64,000 nt of DNA from an uncultured delta proteobacterium (GTDB lineage: Bacteria > Myxococcota_A > Polyangia > Polyangiales > Polyangiaceae): the NCBI GenBank assembly GCA_963716725.1, contig CAVQUB010000015.1:96001-160000 (forward strand), given 5' to 3'. Numbering within the stretch: the first letter of the stretch is position 1; each line of letters starts with the position of its first letter. Of this stretch, positions 31,323-40,607 are shown piece after piece. Position numbers and translations under genes: made by a program. The notes under the pieces are model-generated. The model had not been told where the DNA came from. It was given only the letters and a program-made list of their open reading frames with translations, and made no database searches.

Positions 31323-32635
31323 CCCACATGGTCGACGTCGCTCCGCTAGCTCCGCTCGCCTACGCCCCCGAACTGCTCCCGCTCGTGGTGGCGCCGCCCT
31401 ACGACGTGATCGACGCCGAGCTTCGCGGCACGCTCCAAGCGCGGCATCCGGAGAACGTCGTTCACATCGACTTGCCCAGGGGGGAGGGCGCGGAAAGATA
31501 TGCCGAAGCCCGGCGGCTCTTGAGCAAGTGGCAAGAGCGCGGCGTCCTCCGTCGCGAGCGCCAACCGGCCTTCTGGCGCTACGAGCAGACCTTCGATCCG
31601 CCGGGCGGCGGGCCTCGCCGGACTCGCTGCGGCTTCTTCGCGCTGGTCCGAGTCGAGCCCTACGCGTCCCGAATCATCTTGCCCCACGAGCGGACACTGA
31701 CCGGACCCAAGCTCGATCGCCTCGAACTGGGGCGCGCGACGCGGACGGCAATCTCGCCAGGCTTCATGCTCTACTCGGACCCCGAACGCGTGCTCGATGC
31801 CCACCTGGATGACGGCGACACCTTTGCCGATTTCACCACCGACGACGGCGTGCGACACCGGATTTCTCGCGTCAGCCGCGCGACCTCGGTCGTACGCATT
31901 GCCACGGCGCTCGCCGACGCACGCCTGCTCATTGCCGATGGACACCATCGGTACGAGACCGCGCTGGCGCTATCCGCGGAGATCGATGCCGAGGCGCTGG
32001 CGGCCGGGCACCGAGTGGCCGAGCGAGCCGAACACCACTACTTCCCGGCGCTCCTGGCCAACGGCGACGATCCGGGGCTCTTGGTATTTCCCACGCACCG
32101 CCTCGTGCACTCGCTCCCCGAAGCCGACCTCTCGACGCTGGTGGTGCGGGCCGAGGCGCTGTTCGCGGTCACCCCGGCGAGCGGAGAGATCGACGATCTC
32201 GTGGCGGCTCTCGATCGCGCGCCGGACGACGCCATGTGCGTGGTGGCGCCCGATGGTCGCGCCGTGCTGCTGGTCGCGCGAAACGACGTCGATCTCGAGG
32301 CCCATCCGGTGCTCGGGAAGCGCCCCGGGTTGTTGCGTCAGACCGCGGTCACTCTCCTGCACGACGGTGTGTTCGAGCACCTGCTCGGCATCACTCCGGA
32401 AGCTCAAGCGGCGAAGACCAACCTCCGCTATCTGCAAGACGCCCGCGCCGGCGTCCGGGCCCTGGGATCGGGGGAAGCTCAGCTCCTGTTCTTGATGAAG
32501 GCCACCCCGGTGAGCGTGGTCCGCGCCGTCGCGGAGGCGGGGGAAGTGATGCCCCAGAAGTCGACCTTCTTTCATCCCAAGGTCCCGACTGGCCTGTTCT
32601 TTCACACCCTCGATCCGACGCGCAGCGTGAGCTGA
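31319..32635 (+). CDS. DUF1015 family protein
   Basis: APPYDVI, ILPHERT, IADGHHRY, MPQKSTFFHPK; adjacent to serC. Confidence 0.88.
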   Translation: MTHMVDVAPLAPLAYAPELLPLVVAPPYDVIDAELRGTLQARHPENVVHIDLPRGEGAERYAEARRLLSKWQERGVLRRERQPAFWRYEQTFDPPGGGPRRTRCGFFALVRVEPYASRIILPHERTLTGPKLDRLELGRATRTAISPGFMLYSDPERVLDAHLDDGDTFADFTTDDGVRHRISRVSRATSVVRIATALADARLLIADGHHRYETALALSAEIDAEALAAGHRVAERAEHHYFPALLANGDDPGLLVFPTHRLVHSLPEADLSTLVVRAEALFAVTPASGEIDDLVAALDRAPDDAMCVVAPDGRAVLLVARNDVDLEAHPVLGKRPGLLRQTAVTLLHDGVFEHLLGITPEAQAAKTNLRYLQDARAGVRALGSGEAQLLFLMKATPVSVVRAVAEAGEVMPQKSTFFHPKVPTGLFFHTLDPTRSVS

Positions 32636-32642
32636 CGCGTCC

Positions 32643-32671
32643 TTGACGCGGCGCAGCACTGGGGGTACGCA
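32643..32671 (+). promoter_or_regulatory. possible sigma70 promoter of serC
   Basis: TTGACG, 17 bp, TACGCA. Confidence 0.3.
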
Positions 32672-32736
32672 GCCCTCGCGCGAGCGTCGCGCGCCCGAGC
32701 CGTATCGGGCCCGACCGCTTGCAGGTGGAGCTGACC

Positions 32737-33819
32737 ATGCGAGCCATGAACTTCAACGCCGGACCCGCGGCGCTTCCCCTCTCGGCCCTCGAACGCGCAG
32801 CCGGCGAGCTGCTCGACGTCGACTCGACGGGCATGAGCATCATGGAGCACAGCCATCGTGGCAAGGCCTACGAGGCCGTTCACAATCAAGCCATCGCGCT
32901 GGTTCGCGAGCTGCTCGGAGTTCCAGAGAGCTACGACGTGCTGCTTCTGCAGGGCGGAGCCAGCCAGCAATTTGCCGTCGTGCCGATGAACCTGCTCGAA
33001 GCGGGCCGGAGCGCCGATTACGTCCTGACCGGTGCCTGGTCGCAGAAGGCCTACAAGGAGGCCAAGGTCCTCGGCAAGGCGCGGGTTGCGTGCTCGACCG
33101 AAGCCGACAAGAAGTTCACTCGTGTCCCGAAGCAGAGCGAGATCGAGCTCGACGCCGAGGCCGCGTACGTGCACGTCACCAGCAACAACACCATCTTCGG
33201 GACGCAGTTCCACGCATTCCCCGACACCGGCAAGGTCCCGCTGATTGCCGACATGTCGAGCGACATCATGTGGAAGCCCATCGACGTGTCGAAGTTCGGC
33301 CTGATCTACGCGGGCGCACAGAAGAACCTGGGGCCATCGGGCGTCACTCTGGTGATCGTCGACAAGGCCCTGACCGCCGGCGCCCGCAAAGACATCCCGA
33401 CAATTTTCCAGTACAGAACCCACGCCGACAACAACTCGCTCTACAACACGCCGCCGACCTTCGGCGTGTATCTGCTGCGCAACGTCCTCGACGCGCTGAA
33501 GCAAGCCGGCGGGTTGGCGGCCATCGAGCGGCACAACCGCGACAAGGCTGCGCTGCTCTACTCAGCCATCGACGCGCGTCCGGACTTCTTCCGCTGCCCT
33601 GTCGACACAGACAGCCGGTCCACCATGAACGTGGTGTTCAACCTGCCCAGCGAGGCCCTCGAGGCCGAGTTTTTGGCCGAAGCGAGCCGTCGCAAGATGG
33701 TCGGCCTCAAAGGACACCGCTCTGTGGGCGGCGTTCGCGCGAGCATCTACAACGCCTGCAGCAAGGAGTGGGTGCAGGCGTTGGTCGACTTGATGACCGA
33801 GTTCCACAAGGGCGAGTGA
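32737..33819 (+). CDS. serC: phosphoserine aminotransferase
   Basis: [41 protein letters not shown]. Confidence 0.96.
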   Translation: MRAMNFNAGPAALPLSALERAAGELLDVDSTGMSIMEHSHRGKAYEAVHNQAIALVRELLGVPESYDVLLLQGGASQQFAVVPMNLLEAGRSADYVLTGAWSQKAYKEAKVLGKARVACSTEADKKFTRVPKQSEIELDAEAAYVHVTSNNTIFGTQFHAFPDTGKVPLIADMSSDIMWKPIDVSKFGLIYAGAQKNLGPSGVTLVIVDKALTAGARKDIPTIFQYRTHADNNSLYNTPPTFGVYLLRNVLDALKQAGGLAAIERHNRDKAALLYSAIDARPDFFRCPVDTDSRSTMNVVFNLPSEALEAEFLAEASRRKMVGLKGHRSVGGVRASIYNACSKEWVQALVDLMTEFHKGE

Positions 33820-33820
33820 G

Positions 33821-34534
33821 TCACAGCCGCGGCGGGGTAAATCTCGCCGCGATGGTCTTGCCCTTGGCGTCTCGAACGCGGGTTCCACCGGCGCTCAAGA
33901 AGGGCAGCGATCCAAGCACCAGCACAGCGCCCACCGCCAGGGTGATCAAGCCCGCGGTGCGCAGCGCCGCCTGGTCTTCGACCCTGCCGTAGCCCCAGAG
34001 CCCCATGCCCAACAGGGCGACCGGGATACCCCCGGCGAAGCCTGCGGTGCCGATGGCCTTGGAGCGAGCGCTGCCACCGACCACTTTCAGGTTCGCGGTG
34101 CCACGGCCCGGATCGACGCGAAAGGGATTGGAGGTCGTCATGCCCCGGGCGGCTACGCGGACGTCCATGCCCTCGACGCGCAGCACGCGATCGCAGGGTG
34201 CTCGGCACGCCACGGACCACTCGCCGTCGTCGACGTAGCTCCGCAATTCGACCACTGCGTCAGGATAGTCCGCGTGCAAGTGAACGAAGGCTTCATGGAG
34301 CGTATCGATCTTGGAGGCGTCGGGCGCTGCGGGCTGCGCCGCGCCCGCGTCGGCGGGCACCGTCGCGACGGAGGCGTCCACTGCGGCGGGCGGCGGCGGA
34401 GCGGCTTCGACCTCCGGGGCGGCATCCCCAGCGACCTGCTGGTCCACGCTCCCGTCGGCGGGCTCGCTGGCGCCCAGCATGCTGACGAAGACCATCGAGA
34501 GCGCGATTGCTTCTGCGCGACTTGGACCGAGCAT
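33821..34534 (-). CDS. hypothetical membrane protein
   Basis: Signal-like N-terminus, CRAPCD motif, two C-terminal TM helices. Confidence 0.55.
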   Translation of the reverse strand: MLGPSRAEAIALSMVFVSMLGASEPADGSVDQQVAGDAAPEVEAAPPPPAAVDASVATVPADAGAAQPAAPDASKIDTLHEAFVHLHADYPDAVVELRSYVDDGEWSVACRAPCDRVLRVEGMDVRVAARGMTTSNPFRVDPGRGTANLKVVGGSARSKAIGTAGFAGGIPVALLGMGLWGYGRVEDQAALRTAGLITLAVGAVLVLGSLPFLSAGGTRVRDAKGKTIAARFTPPRL

Positions 34535-34615
34535 TTGTGGGCCGCATGGAACCCCAAGGGCAGACCGGACCGCAAGCCCTTGACCTGCACCCCGCCCGAA
34601 GGATACGCGGACGGC

Positions 34616-35044
34616 GTGGAGCCCGTCGTCGATCTAGCCCCGGGTGCGGACCACGTTCCTTTGGCGCTCGAGATCGCCGAGCGGGTGCGGTGCGCGGTGA
34701 AGAAAGAGGCGCTGCGCCGCGACTTCGATCGGATGCGCGGCGCAGTGGGGATCGTGGCGGACCACACCGACACCGCGCTCACTCTCCGCTTCGACTTCGG
34801 CCGCCTCACCATCCACGAAGGACTGATCGGAGTGCCGACCGTGACCATCCGGGGGATCACCCGGGGCCTCGAGGGGCTCTCCGGGTTACCGCCCATGCCC
34901 GTCCGCGGCGTGATCGCCTCGGGCCGGTCCCTCGCGCGGGTGTTCAGCGCGGTTCGCGGCGGGAAGCTCAAGATCTACGGGCTGGCGGCGCACCCGCGTT
35001 TGGTCGTTCGATTGCTGCGGCTGCTGTCGGTCGACGCCGAGTGA
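34616..35044 (+). CDS. SCP2 sterol-binding-like small protein
   Basis: TLRFDFGRLTIHEG..PTVTIRG..GKLKIYG; start uncertain. Confidence 0.55.
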   Translation: MEPVVDLAPGADHVPLALEIAERVRCAVKKEALRRDFDRMRGAVGIVADHTDTALTLRFDFGRLTIHEGLIGVPTVTIRGITRGLEGLSGLPPMPVRGVIASGRSLARVFSAVRGGKLKIYGLAAHPRLVVRLLRLLSVDAE

Positions 35045-35069
35045 GGCGGTGTGGGCAAGAGTAGGTCTT

Positions 35070-35098
35070 TTGACCTTGGCCGCCGAGCTGGCTAACCT
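35070..35098 (+). promoter_or_regulatory. putative sigma70 promoter of the FHA cluster
   Basis: TTGACC (35070-35075), 17 bp, TAACCT (35093-35098). Confidence 0.5.
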
Positions 35099-35120
35099 GA
35101 CGAAGCTAGGCGGAATTTTC

Positions 35121-35996
35121 GTGGGCCGTTACCGACTCCGATTCTTGCTCCAGGAAATCGACCTGCCCCAAGGCGACACCTTGGTGGGCAGGAGCGCCGC
35201 GTGCCACGTGACCATCGAGGACCCACTGGTGTCGAGGCAGCACGCGCGCTTTCGCATCGAGGGAGCCCGGGCCACCGTCGAAGATTTGGGATCTCGCAAC
35301 GGCCTGATCATCAACGGTCGCAGTGTGGCAGGAATTGCCGAGCTGGCGGACGGCGATCGCGTGCGCATCGGAACCCAAGAGCTCGTGTTCTGCGCTGTCC
35401 GCGCGGCGTCGAAGACTGGCGCGTCGGCCGGAACGCGGCCCACGGGCTTCATGTGTCACTGCGCGGCGTGCGGTCTGCCCTACCCGATGGAATCTCCCCA
35501 GTGCCCCAGCTGCGGCTCCCGGGAGAGAATGGACGAGGACACGATCAGCGGGGTCGTCGGTGAACCGAACCGCAACTGGACCCTGGAGCTGTTGGTCGAG
35601 GTGCTGCTTCGTGCCGCGGCGCTCCACCGCTGGGACGATGTCGATAGGATGCTTCGACGCTCCCAGGCCAACATCCAAGAGCGCGTGAAGAGCGGCCAGC
35701 CCGTTCAGCAGGCGCACCTCGACAGCTTGGCAGAGGCCGCTGCTCGCCTGGCGGAAGAGCGCAAGTCCGCGGAGTGGGGCAACTGGTTGCTCGACGTCTA
35801 CGCGGATCTGGGCATGGTGCCCCACGAAAGCATCTCCGTGCGGCTCTCGACCTTGCCTCCCCAGGCGCGCAAGTCGCTGGCGCCTGCTGCGAACCGCGTG
35901 CTCGAGAGCGTGGTGGCCCGCGGCGGTCCGGCCGAGGAGGACCGCGCCGGGTACCAGCAGGTCGAATCCCTGTCGTTCACGCCACCCGAAGCGTGA
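35121..35996 (+). CDS. FHA-domain protein with Zn ribbon
   Basis: GR..SRQH..DLGSRNG FHA motif; CAAC..CPSC. Confidence 0.85.
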   Translation: MGRYRLRFLLQEIDLPQGDTLVGRSAACHVTIEDPLVSRQHARFRIEGARATVEDLGSRNGLIINGRSVAGIAELADGDRVRIGTQELVFCAVRAASKTGASAGTRPTGFMCHCAACGLPYPMESPQCPSCGSRERMDEDTISGVVGEPNRNWTLELLVEVLLRAAALHRWDDVDRMLRRSQANIQERVKSGQPVQQAHLDSLAEAAARLAEERKSAEWGNWLLDVYADLGMVPHESISVRLSTLPPQARKSLAPAANRVLESVVARGGPAEEDRAGYQQVESLSFTPPEA

Positions 35997-36743
35997 ATGG
36001 CCTACGTTCTTCGGTACGGACAACATCAGATCGCCTTGCGCCCGGGCCGCTTCGTGATCGGCCGCGCCGCCGAGGCGCAGTTGGCGCTCGATGACCCCTT
36101 GGCGTCCCGGCAGCACGCGGCCTTGCTAGTGACCGCGGCCGGCGTGACCGTTCAGGACCTGGGCAGTCGCAACGGGGTGGTGGTCAACGGCGTGCGCATC
36201 TCGGGCAGCGCTGCCCTCGCGCCAGGAGATCGGCTGAAGATTGGGCGCCAAGAGCTGACCCTCGACGCAGATGCGCCCTCTCCTCACTCCGGAGGCCGCG
36301 GCGCGCCCACCGCGCGATTCACGGTGTTTGGCGTGGTGGGCAGCCTCGCGGACAAGGCGCTTGGGTTGGGCCATGCCGAGGAGGCGGAGCGTCTGCTGAG
36401 TGGGCTACTGGGCTCCGTCCTCGCCGCAGCCGAGGCCGGCAAACCCGCGGAGGCCAAGACCAACGAGCAGGCGGCGGCCTACGCCACTCGGCTGGCGATC
36501 GGCACGGAAAAGGCCCAGTGGGTGAACTACGTAGTGAGTCTGTACTTTGCGCTGTCACGGCCGCTTCCGGCCGCCATCATCGATGCGCTCCACGAAGCGC
36601 TGCGGAAGGTGGGCGCCATCGACCTCACGCGGCTTCGGAGCTACGTCGAAGCGCTCCAAGTGGCCGCGCCGAAGCTCGGGGCCAGCGAGCGCTTCCTGGT
36701 GAGCAGAATCGAAGGGCTCGAGCGCGTCGCCGCGGCCCGATGA
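35997..36743 (+). CDS. FHA-domain protein
   Basis: IGR..SRQH..DLGSRNG. Confidence 0.85.
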   Translation: MAYVLRYGQHQIALRPGRFVIGRAAEAQLALDDPLASRQHAALLVTAAGVTVQDLGSRNGVVVNGVRISGSAALAPGDRLKIGRQELTLDADAPSPHSGGRGAPTARFTVFGVVGSLADKALGLGHAEEAERLLSGLLGSVLAAAEAGKPAEAKTNEQAAAYATRLAIGTEKAQWVNYVVSLYFALSRPLPAAIIDALHEALRKVGAIDLTRLRSYVEALQVAAPKLGASERFLVSRIEGLERVAAAR

Positions 36744-36798
36744 GCGGCGAACCCGCTGGAATTGCGTCGCGGGTGCGGTATGGTTTTCGCTCAGCACC

Positions 36799-37680
36799 GT
36801 GAGCGACGGCCGACACACCGACCCGATCTTGAACGGGGTCTCCAGCTTGGAGCGACCGCTTCGCTTCGCATTGCTGTACCGGGGACACCGCTTCGAGCTG
36901 CGACCCGGCACGCTCGTGATGGGTCGTGGCACGGCCTGCCAATTGGTGCTGGACGACGCCTTGGTGTCGCGCAAGCACGCCGAGATTGAGGTCTCCGACC
37001 GCGCCGCGACGCTGGTGGATCTGGGCAGCGTGAACGGTGTCTTCGTCAACGGCGCTCGCATCGACGGTCGGCAGGGACTGAACCACGGCGACAAGCTGTT
37101 GATTGGGCAGCAAGAGATCACCCTGCTCGCCGGCCAGGCTCCCTCGGTTTTGCCCGAGTCGCCCACGGGGCGACTGTCGGCTGAGACCCTGGTGGGCATC
37201 GAGTCTCCGATTGCGCCGGGCGCGAGGCCCGTCGATGAGTCTGAGCCGACGCATCAAGGAGACGCCCTGGCGCTGCTCGGCGGAGTCGTCGACAAAGTCC
37301 TGGCCCTGGGCCGCGGCGACGAGGCGGAGCGCATCATCGGCCCGTATCTGAAGAACTACCTGGCCACGGTGCAGCGGACCCAAGCGACGACCCCCGAAGC
37401 CGCGGACAAGGCGGTGGGCTATGCGATGAAGCTCGCGAGCGCTACGCGGAAGGGCGACTGGGTGGACTACGCTTTCGCGCTCTACATGGTTTGCCAACGA
37501 CCACTTCCCGGCGCCGTCGTCGACCAGCTCTACACCTTGATGCGGCAGGTCTCGAGCGTGAATCTCAGTCTTCTTCGCGAGTACCTGGGGGTGTTGCAGG
37601 CGGTTTCGACCCGCCTCGGTCCGAACGAGCGCTTTCTTGCCCAGCGGATCGAGGGTCTCGAGCGCTTGGCTTCCGCCTGA
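36799..37680 (+). CDS. FHA-domain protein
   Basis: MGR..SRKH..DLGSVNG; C-terminus similar to preceding paralog. Confidence 0.85.
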   Translation: MSDGRHTDPILNGVSSLERPLRFALLYRGHRFELRPGTLVMGRGTACQLVLDDALVSRKHAEIEVSDRAATLVDLGSVNGVFVNGARIDGRQGLNHGDKLLIGQQEITLLAGQAPSVLPESPTGRLSAETLVGIESPIAPGARPVDESEPTHQGDALALLGGVVDKVLALGRGDEAERIIGPYLKNYLATVQRTQATTPEAADKAVGYAMKLASATRKGDWVDYAFALYMVCQRPLPGAVVDQLYTLMRQVSSVNLSLLREYLGVLQAVSTRLGPNERFLAQRIEGLERLASA

Positions 37681-38159
37681 TCGGCGCGGTGGGCTCGCGC
37701 GCTTGGTTGGCCAGCGATTGGGCCATCGCATCGGCGATCACTTCCCGGAGCGCGGGGTCATCGACCTTGGCGAGGCGCTGCTCGGCGTCTTCCGACAGCT
37801 CGATGGGGCTGGGGATCTGCCGCGGGGGCTCGCGCGGCGCCGGCGACTCGACGGTGCCGGCACGGAAGCGGATGGAACGTTACCGAGAACCCCCTCAGCC
37901 TCAGCTTCTTGGCGATGTCTTCCGCCAAAAATGAGAGCTCTTGTGCCCAGACCGGCGAGGTGACCGTCACGCTCAGCACCCCGCCATCGAGGGCACCCGG
38001 CGCCGAACGCTGCGCGATTCGATCGCCGGCGACCTCCCGCCAGGTCTCGCGATCGAGCGCCACGCCGGCGCGTCGCGCGGCGGTTCGGTGCGCCTGGGAC
38101 AAGAGATGGCCGAGCGGTTCGAGCCCTCCGCGGCTACCAGTTGTCGGGCGCCTCGCCAT
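37565..38159 (-). CDS. DciA/DUF721-family protein (extra base near 37876)
   Basis: W..VAG..IAQRS.P..L..GVL.V.V.SPVWAQEL; removing one T restores VTSIRFR and a C-terminus ending at 37565. Confidence 0.75.
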
Positions 38160-38225
38160 GAAGTAGCGAAGCTACATGACCTCCTGCACCTCGGCTAGCG
38201 TACCGATCGCCGCTGGTGCGCGCTG

Positions 38226-38531
38226 ATGCTGACGCTTCGGAATGATGCGTTTCCTTCGGAGGCCGTTCGGGACTTGATCGGGATCCTGCGGGCGCTGTAC
38301 GCCGCCGAGCACGTGGCACGGGCTGACTCGCGACGCGTCCGCGAAGTCGCACGGATCGGCCGTGAGTTGGCGGCCGCGGTGGAGCTGGCGACGGCGCATG
38401 CGCCCGGCACGATGGGGCACGCCGCCGCCTGGTCCCGCGCAGAACGGGCGACCGCAGCCCTCGGGGATTTGGTCGACGCCACGACTCCGCTCGCCCCCAC
38501 GCTCGCGGCCGCCGCGCGCCGAGTGCGTTGA
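38226..38531 (+). CDS. hypothetical helical protein
   Basis: 101-aa ORF with GC-rich third positions, located outside the element. Confidence 0.55.
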   Translation: MLTLRNDAFPSEAVRDLIGILRALYAAEHVARADSRRVREVARIGRELAAAVELATAHAPGTMGHAAAWSRAERATAALGDLVDATTPLAPTLAAAARRVR

Positions 38532-38572
38532 CCCTGGGAAACCGCATCGAGATCGACTATAGACCCGGGTCC

Positions 38573-38614
38573 CTAGCCGAAGTGGCGGAACTGGCAGACG
38601 CGGCGGATTCAAAA
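38573..38614 (+). repeat. attL: orphan 5' half of tRNA-Leu
   Basis: CTAGCCGAAGTGGCGGAACTGGCAGACGCGGCGGATTCAAAA, identical to 41894-41935; ends at the end of the anticodon loop. Confidence 0.95.
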
Positions 38615-38718
38615 ACGGCACTGAGCGCACTGCAAGCGTCACGCCAGAGCCAAAAACAAGCCCTTCCGAAAACGCGGGCGAGCACGGACTTACCTCATGG
38701 CCCACCCAAAACGGGCTG

Positions 38719-38949
38719 GTGGGCCACGCCCCGCGACATTCCGCCGCGCCGCAGAGCGAGGGTGGGCCACGGGATCTCGACCCGATCGAAGCGAGTCTCG
38801 CTCGTGCGATCGAGAGCGCGACTGCAGCCGGTGAGTGGAGCGTCGTCGTCGACCTGTCGAGGCTACTGGGCGAGCGCCAACGGCTGCGCGTCGCACCCGA
38901 CGTAGCGAGCCTGGACGCGGCGCGTGCGCGCAAGGATGGTGGCAAGTGA
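38719..38949 (+). CDS. small helical ORF at left end of element; frame open back through attL
   Basis: DPIEASLARAIESATAAGEWSVVVDLSRLLGER..VASLDAAR; no stop between attL and 38947. Confidence 0.5.
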   Translation: MGHAPRHSAAPQSEGGPRDLDPIEASLARAIESATAAGEWSVVVDLSRLLGERQRLRVAPDVASLDAARARKDGGK

Positions 38950-39176
38950 CCCGCCCCGTCATCCTCGAGCTTGACGGGGTGCGGGTCCACATCGGCGCCG
39001 AGCCCGAGCGGTGCGACGGGTGCGAGGCCGAGCGGCCGGCGACGCTGGTCACGCTGGAGCACTGGCATGGCGGCGGCCCGGTGCGGCTCTGCGGCGCTTG
39101 CATGCTCGCCCTGCTACCAGCGTCCGCCCGAGCTGAAACGCCCCCAGCGAGGCGCAAGCGACGCCGGGCCGGGTGA
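38946..39176 (+). CDS. small Zn-finger protein (CxxC..CxxC)
   Basis: CDGC and CGAC; GTGA overlap with previous ORF. Confidence 0.55.
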   Translation: MTRPVILELDGVRVHIGAEPERCDGCEAERPATLVTLEHWHGGGPVRLCGACMLALLPASARAETPPARRKRRRAG

Positions 39177-39274
39177 TCTCGGACCTCGCCCCTTGGCCGT
39201 GACCTCGTGTCGTGGCCGGTGGGCGGGGCTGAGGCACTGACGCCGAAGCCTGCCGCATCGAAAGGACACACCCC

Positions 39275-39553
39275 ATGAACATCACCAAGACCCCCCGGCG
39301 CATCGTGGCCGAGCGTCGCATCTCGCCGCGACAGGTCGACCACTACGCGGGCGGCGACACCGTCCACGCCACGGAGCTGGCCAAGACCCTCACGATCTAC
39401 GTGGTCACCTGGGACAGCGACGGCCCCGACCCGACGCGCCCTGGCGTGGACGTGCGCCAGGGGCAGCTCGCGCACGAACCCGGCCAAGCGTGGGCGAGCC
39501 GCGAGGGCGCCGAGTCGTGGCTCGCTCGCCAGCTCGAGGGCGACGCCGAGTGA
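39275..39553 (+). CDS. hypothetical protein (element cargo)
   Basis: AAAGGA RBS, 92 aa, strong GC3 bias. Confidence 0.65.
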   Translation: MNITKTPRRIVAERRISPRQVDHYAGGDTVHATELAKTLTIYVVTWDSDGPDPTRPGVDVRQGQLAHEPGQAWASREGAESWLARQLEGDAE

Positions 39554-39607
39554 ACCCCCGCGCGCGGTGGCCTCACCCTCGCGAGCCCTGGCACGGCTCG
39601 GCGCGCG

Positions 39608-39862
39608 CTACCTGTATGCCTCACGCCGGTGCAAGACCCGCAGGATCGTCAACGTGCCCGACGTCGGATCGACGGCGAAGCGCACGCGGTAGTCACCCAC
39701 ACGCAGCCGGTGCTCTTCCTCGCTTCCTTGAAGCCGCTTCACGTCCCCGGCGCCAGTGTCGGCGTAGCGTTCGATGGAATCGAGCACTCGCGCCCGATCG
39801 GCGCGGTCAACACCATCCCGGTCCTTCTCCGCGCGTCGCGCCCAAACGATTCTCAGGCTCAC
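39608..39862 (-). CDS. RelE/ParE-family toxin
   Basis: GDVKRLQG..RLRVGDYRVRF..VLHRREAYR. Confidence 0.9.
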   Translation of the reverse strand: MSLRIVWARRAEKDRDGVDRADRARVLDSIERYADTGAGDVKRLQGSEEEHRLRVGDYRVRFAVDPTSGTLTILRVLHRREAYR

Positions 39863-40059
39863 GGCTTCGCAAGCCAGCTCGCGCGCACCGCAGGGTGGGA
39901 GACGACGCGCCCTTGACGCACGTCTTCCTTCGCTTCCTCGACCGCCGCACGCTCTTCCTCCGTCTCCGGCTCGTCATCGATCGGAGCGTTCCGAAGCGCC
40001 ACGATCGCCGGGTGCTCCCCGGACAGGAGGGGCGCGGCTTTGGGGACGGGAGGGGCCAT
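39859..40059 (-). CDS. acidic antitoxin
   Basis: APIDDEPETEEERAAVEEAKEDVRQGRVVSH; GTGA overlap with toxin. Confidence 0.8.
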   Translation of the reverse strand: MAPPVPKAAPLLSGEHPAIVALRNAPIDDEPETEEERAAVEEAKEDVRQGRVVSHPAVRASWLAKP

Positions 40060-40225
40060 GCACCCCAAGTGTAGGAGCCTCGCCCCGGCCGTGTCACTAA
40101 TCAGGCAACAAACCAGCTAAAAGCAGGCGGCCGGCGTGGCGTCAACCACCCGGCCGCGGACAGGGAGTGAAGGTCCCCGTGATCGACAGCGTAGCAGAGA
40201 ATCTCCGAGCAGAGCGCCGAGCCCG

Positions 40226-40519
40226 CTACACGGCCGAGCGCAACGCGGCACCGGGGAAGCGTCGGGCGTACCTGAAAAGCCAGCGGCTCGAGCTGGTGGC
40301 CATGCTCGACCACGCGACGCACACCGCGGACGTGTTGAGCGCGATCAACGGCTCGACGGACATGTCGCCGGCGCGAACCGCGCGAATGAAACGCCGCGGG
40401 CCGAGGGGGCTCGCGTGCTGATCCACCACGTCGGAATCGCCCAGAAGTCGATCCACCACTTTCGCCGCGACAGCAGCGGCGAGCGCATCAATATAGCCGT
40501 CCAGTGCATGCTCGGTCAT
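40226..40519 (-). CDS. hypothetical protein divergent from integrase (possible excisionase/regulator, possibly truncated)
   Basis: Position and IDALAAAVAAKVVDRL..VDQHASPLG..AVRAG segment; 3' part overlaps an opposite-strand ORF. Confidence 0.4.
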   Translation of the reverse strand: MTEHALDGYIDALAAAVAAKVVDRLLGDSDVVDQHASPLGPRRFIRAVRAGDMSVEPLIALNTSAVCVAWSSMATSSSRWLFRYARRFPGAALRSAV

Positions 40520-40607
40520 GCACTCGGTTTTGCGCGTCGCCGGCGTCGAGCGCTAGACGGGACATGCGCTTCGTGGTTGCTTTTGCGCGTCGCGAGACGC
40601 GAGGCCA

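Noticed and set aside
38573..38614. Second tRNA-Leu gene
   Set aside because: Only the 5' half is present; the sequence diverges after the anticodon loop, so it is an att site.
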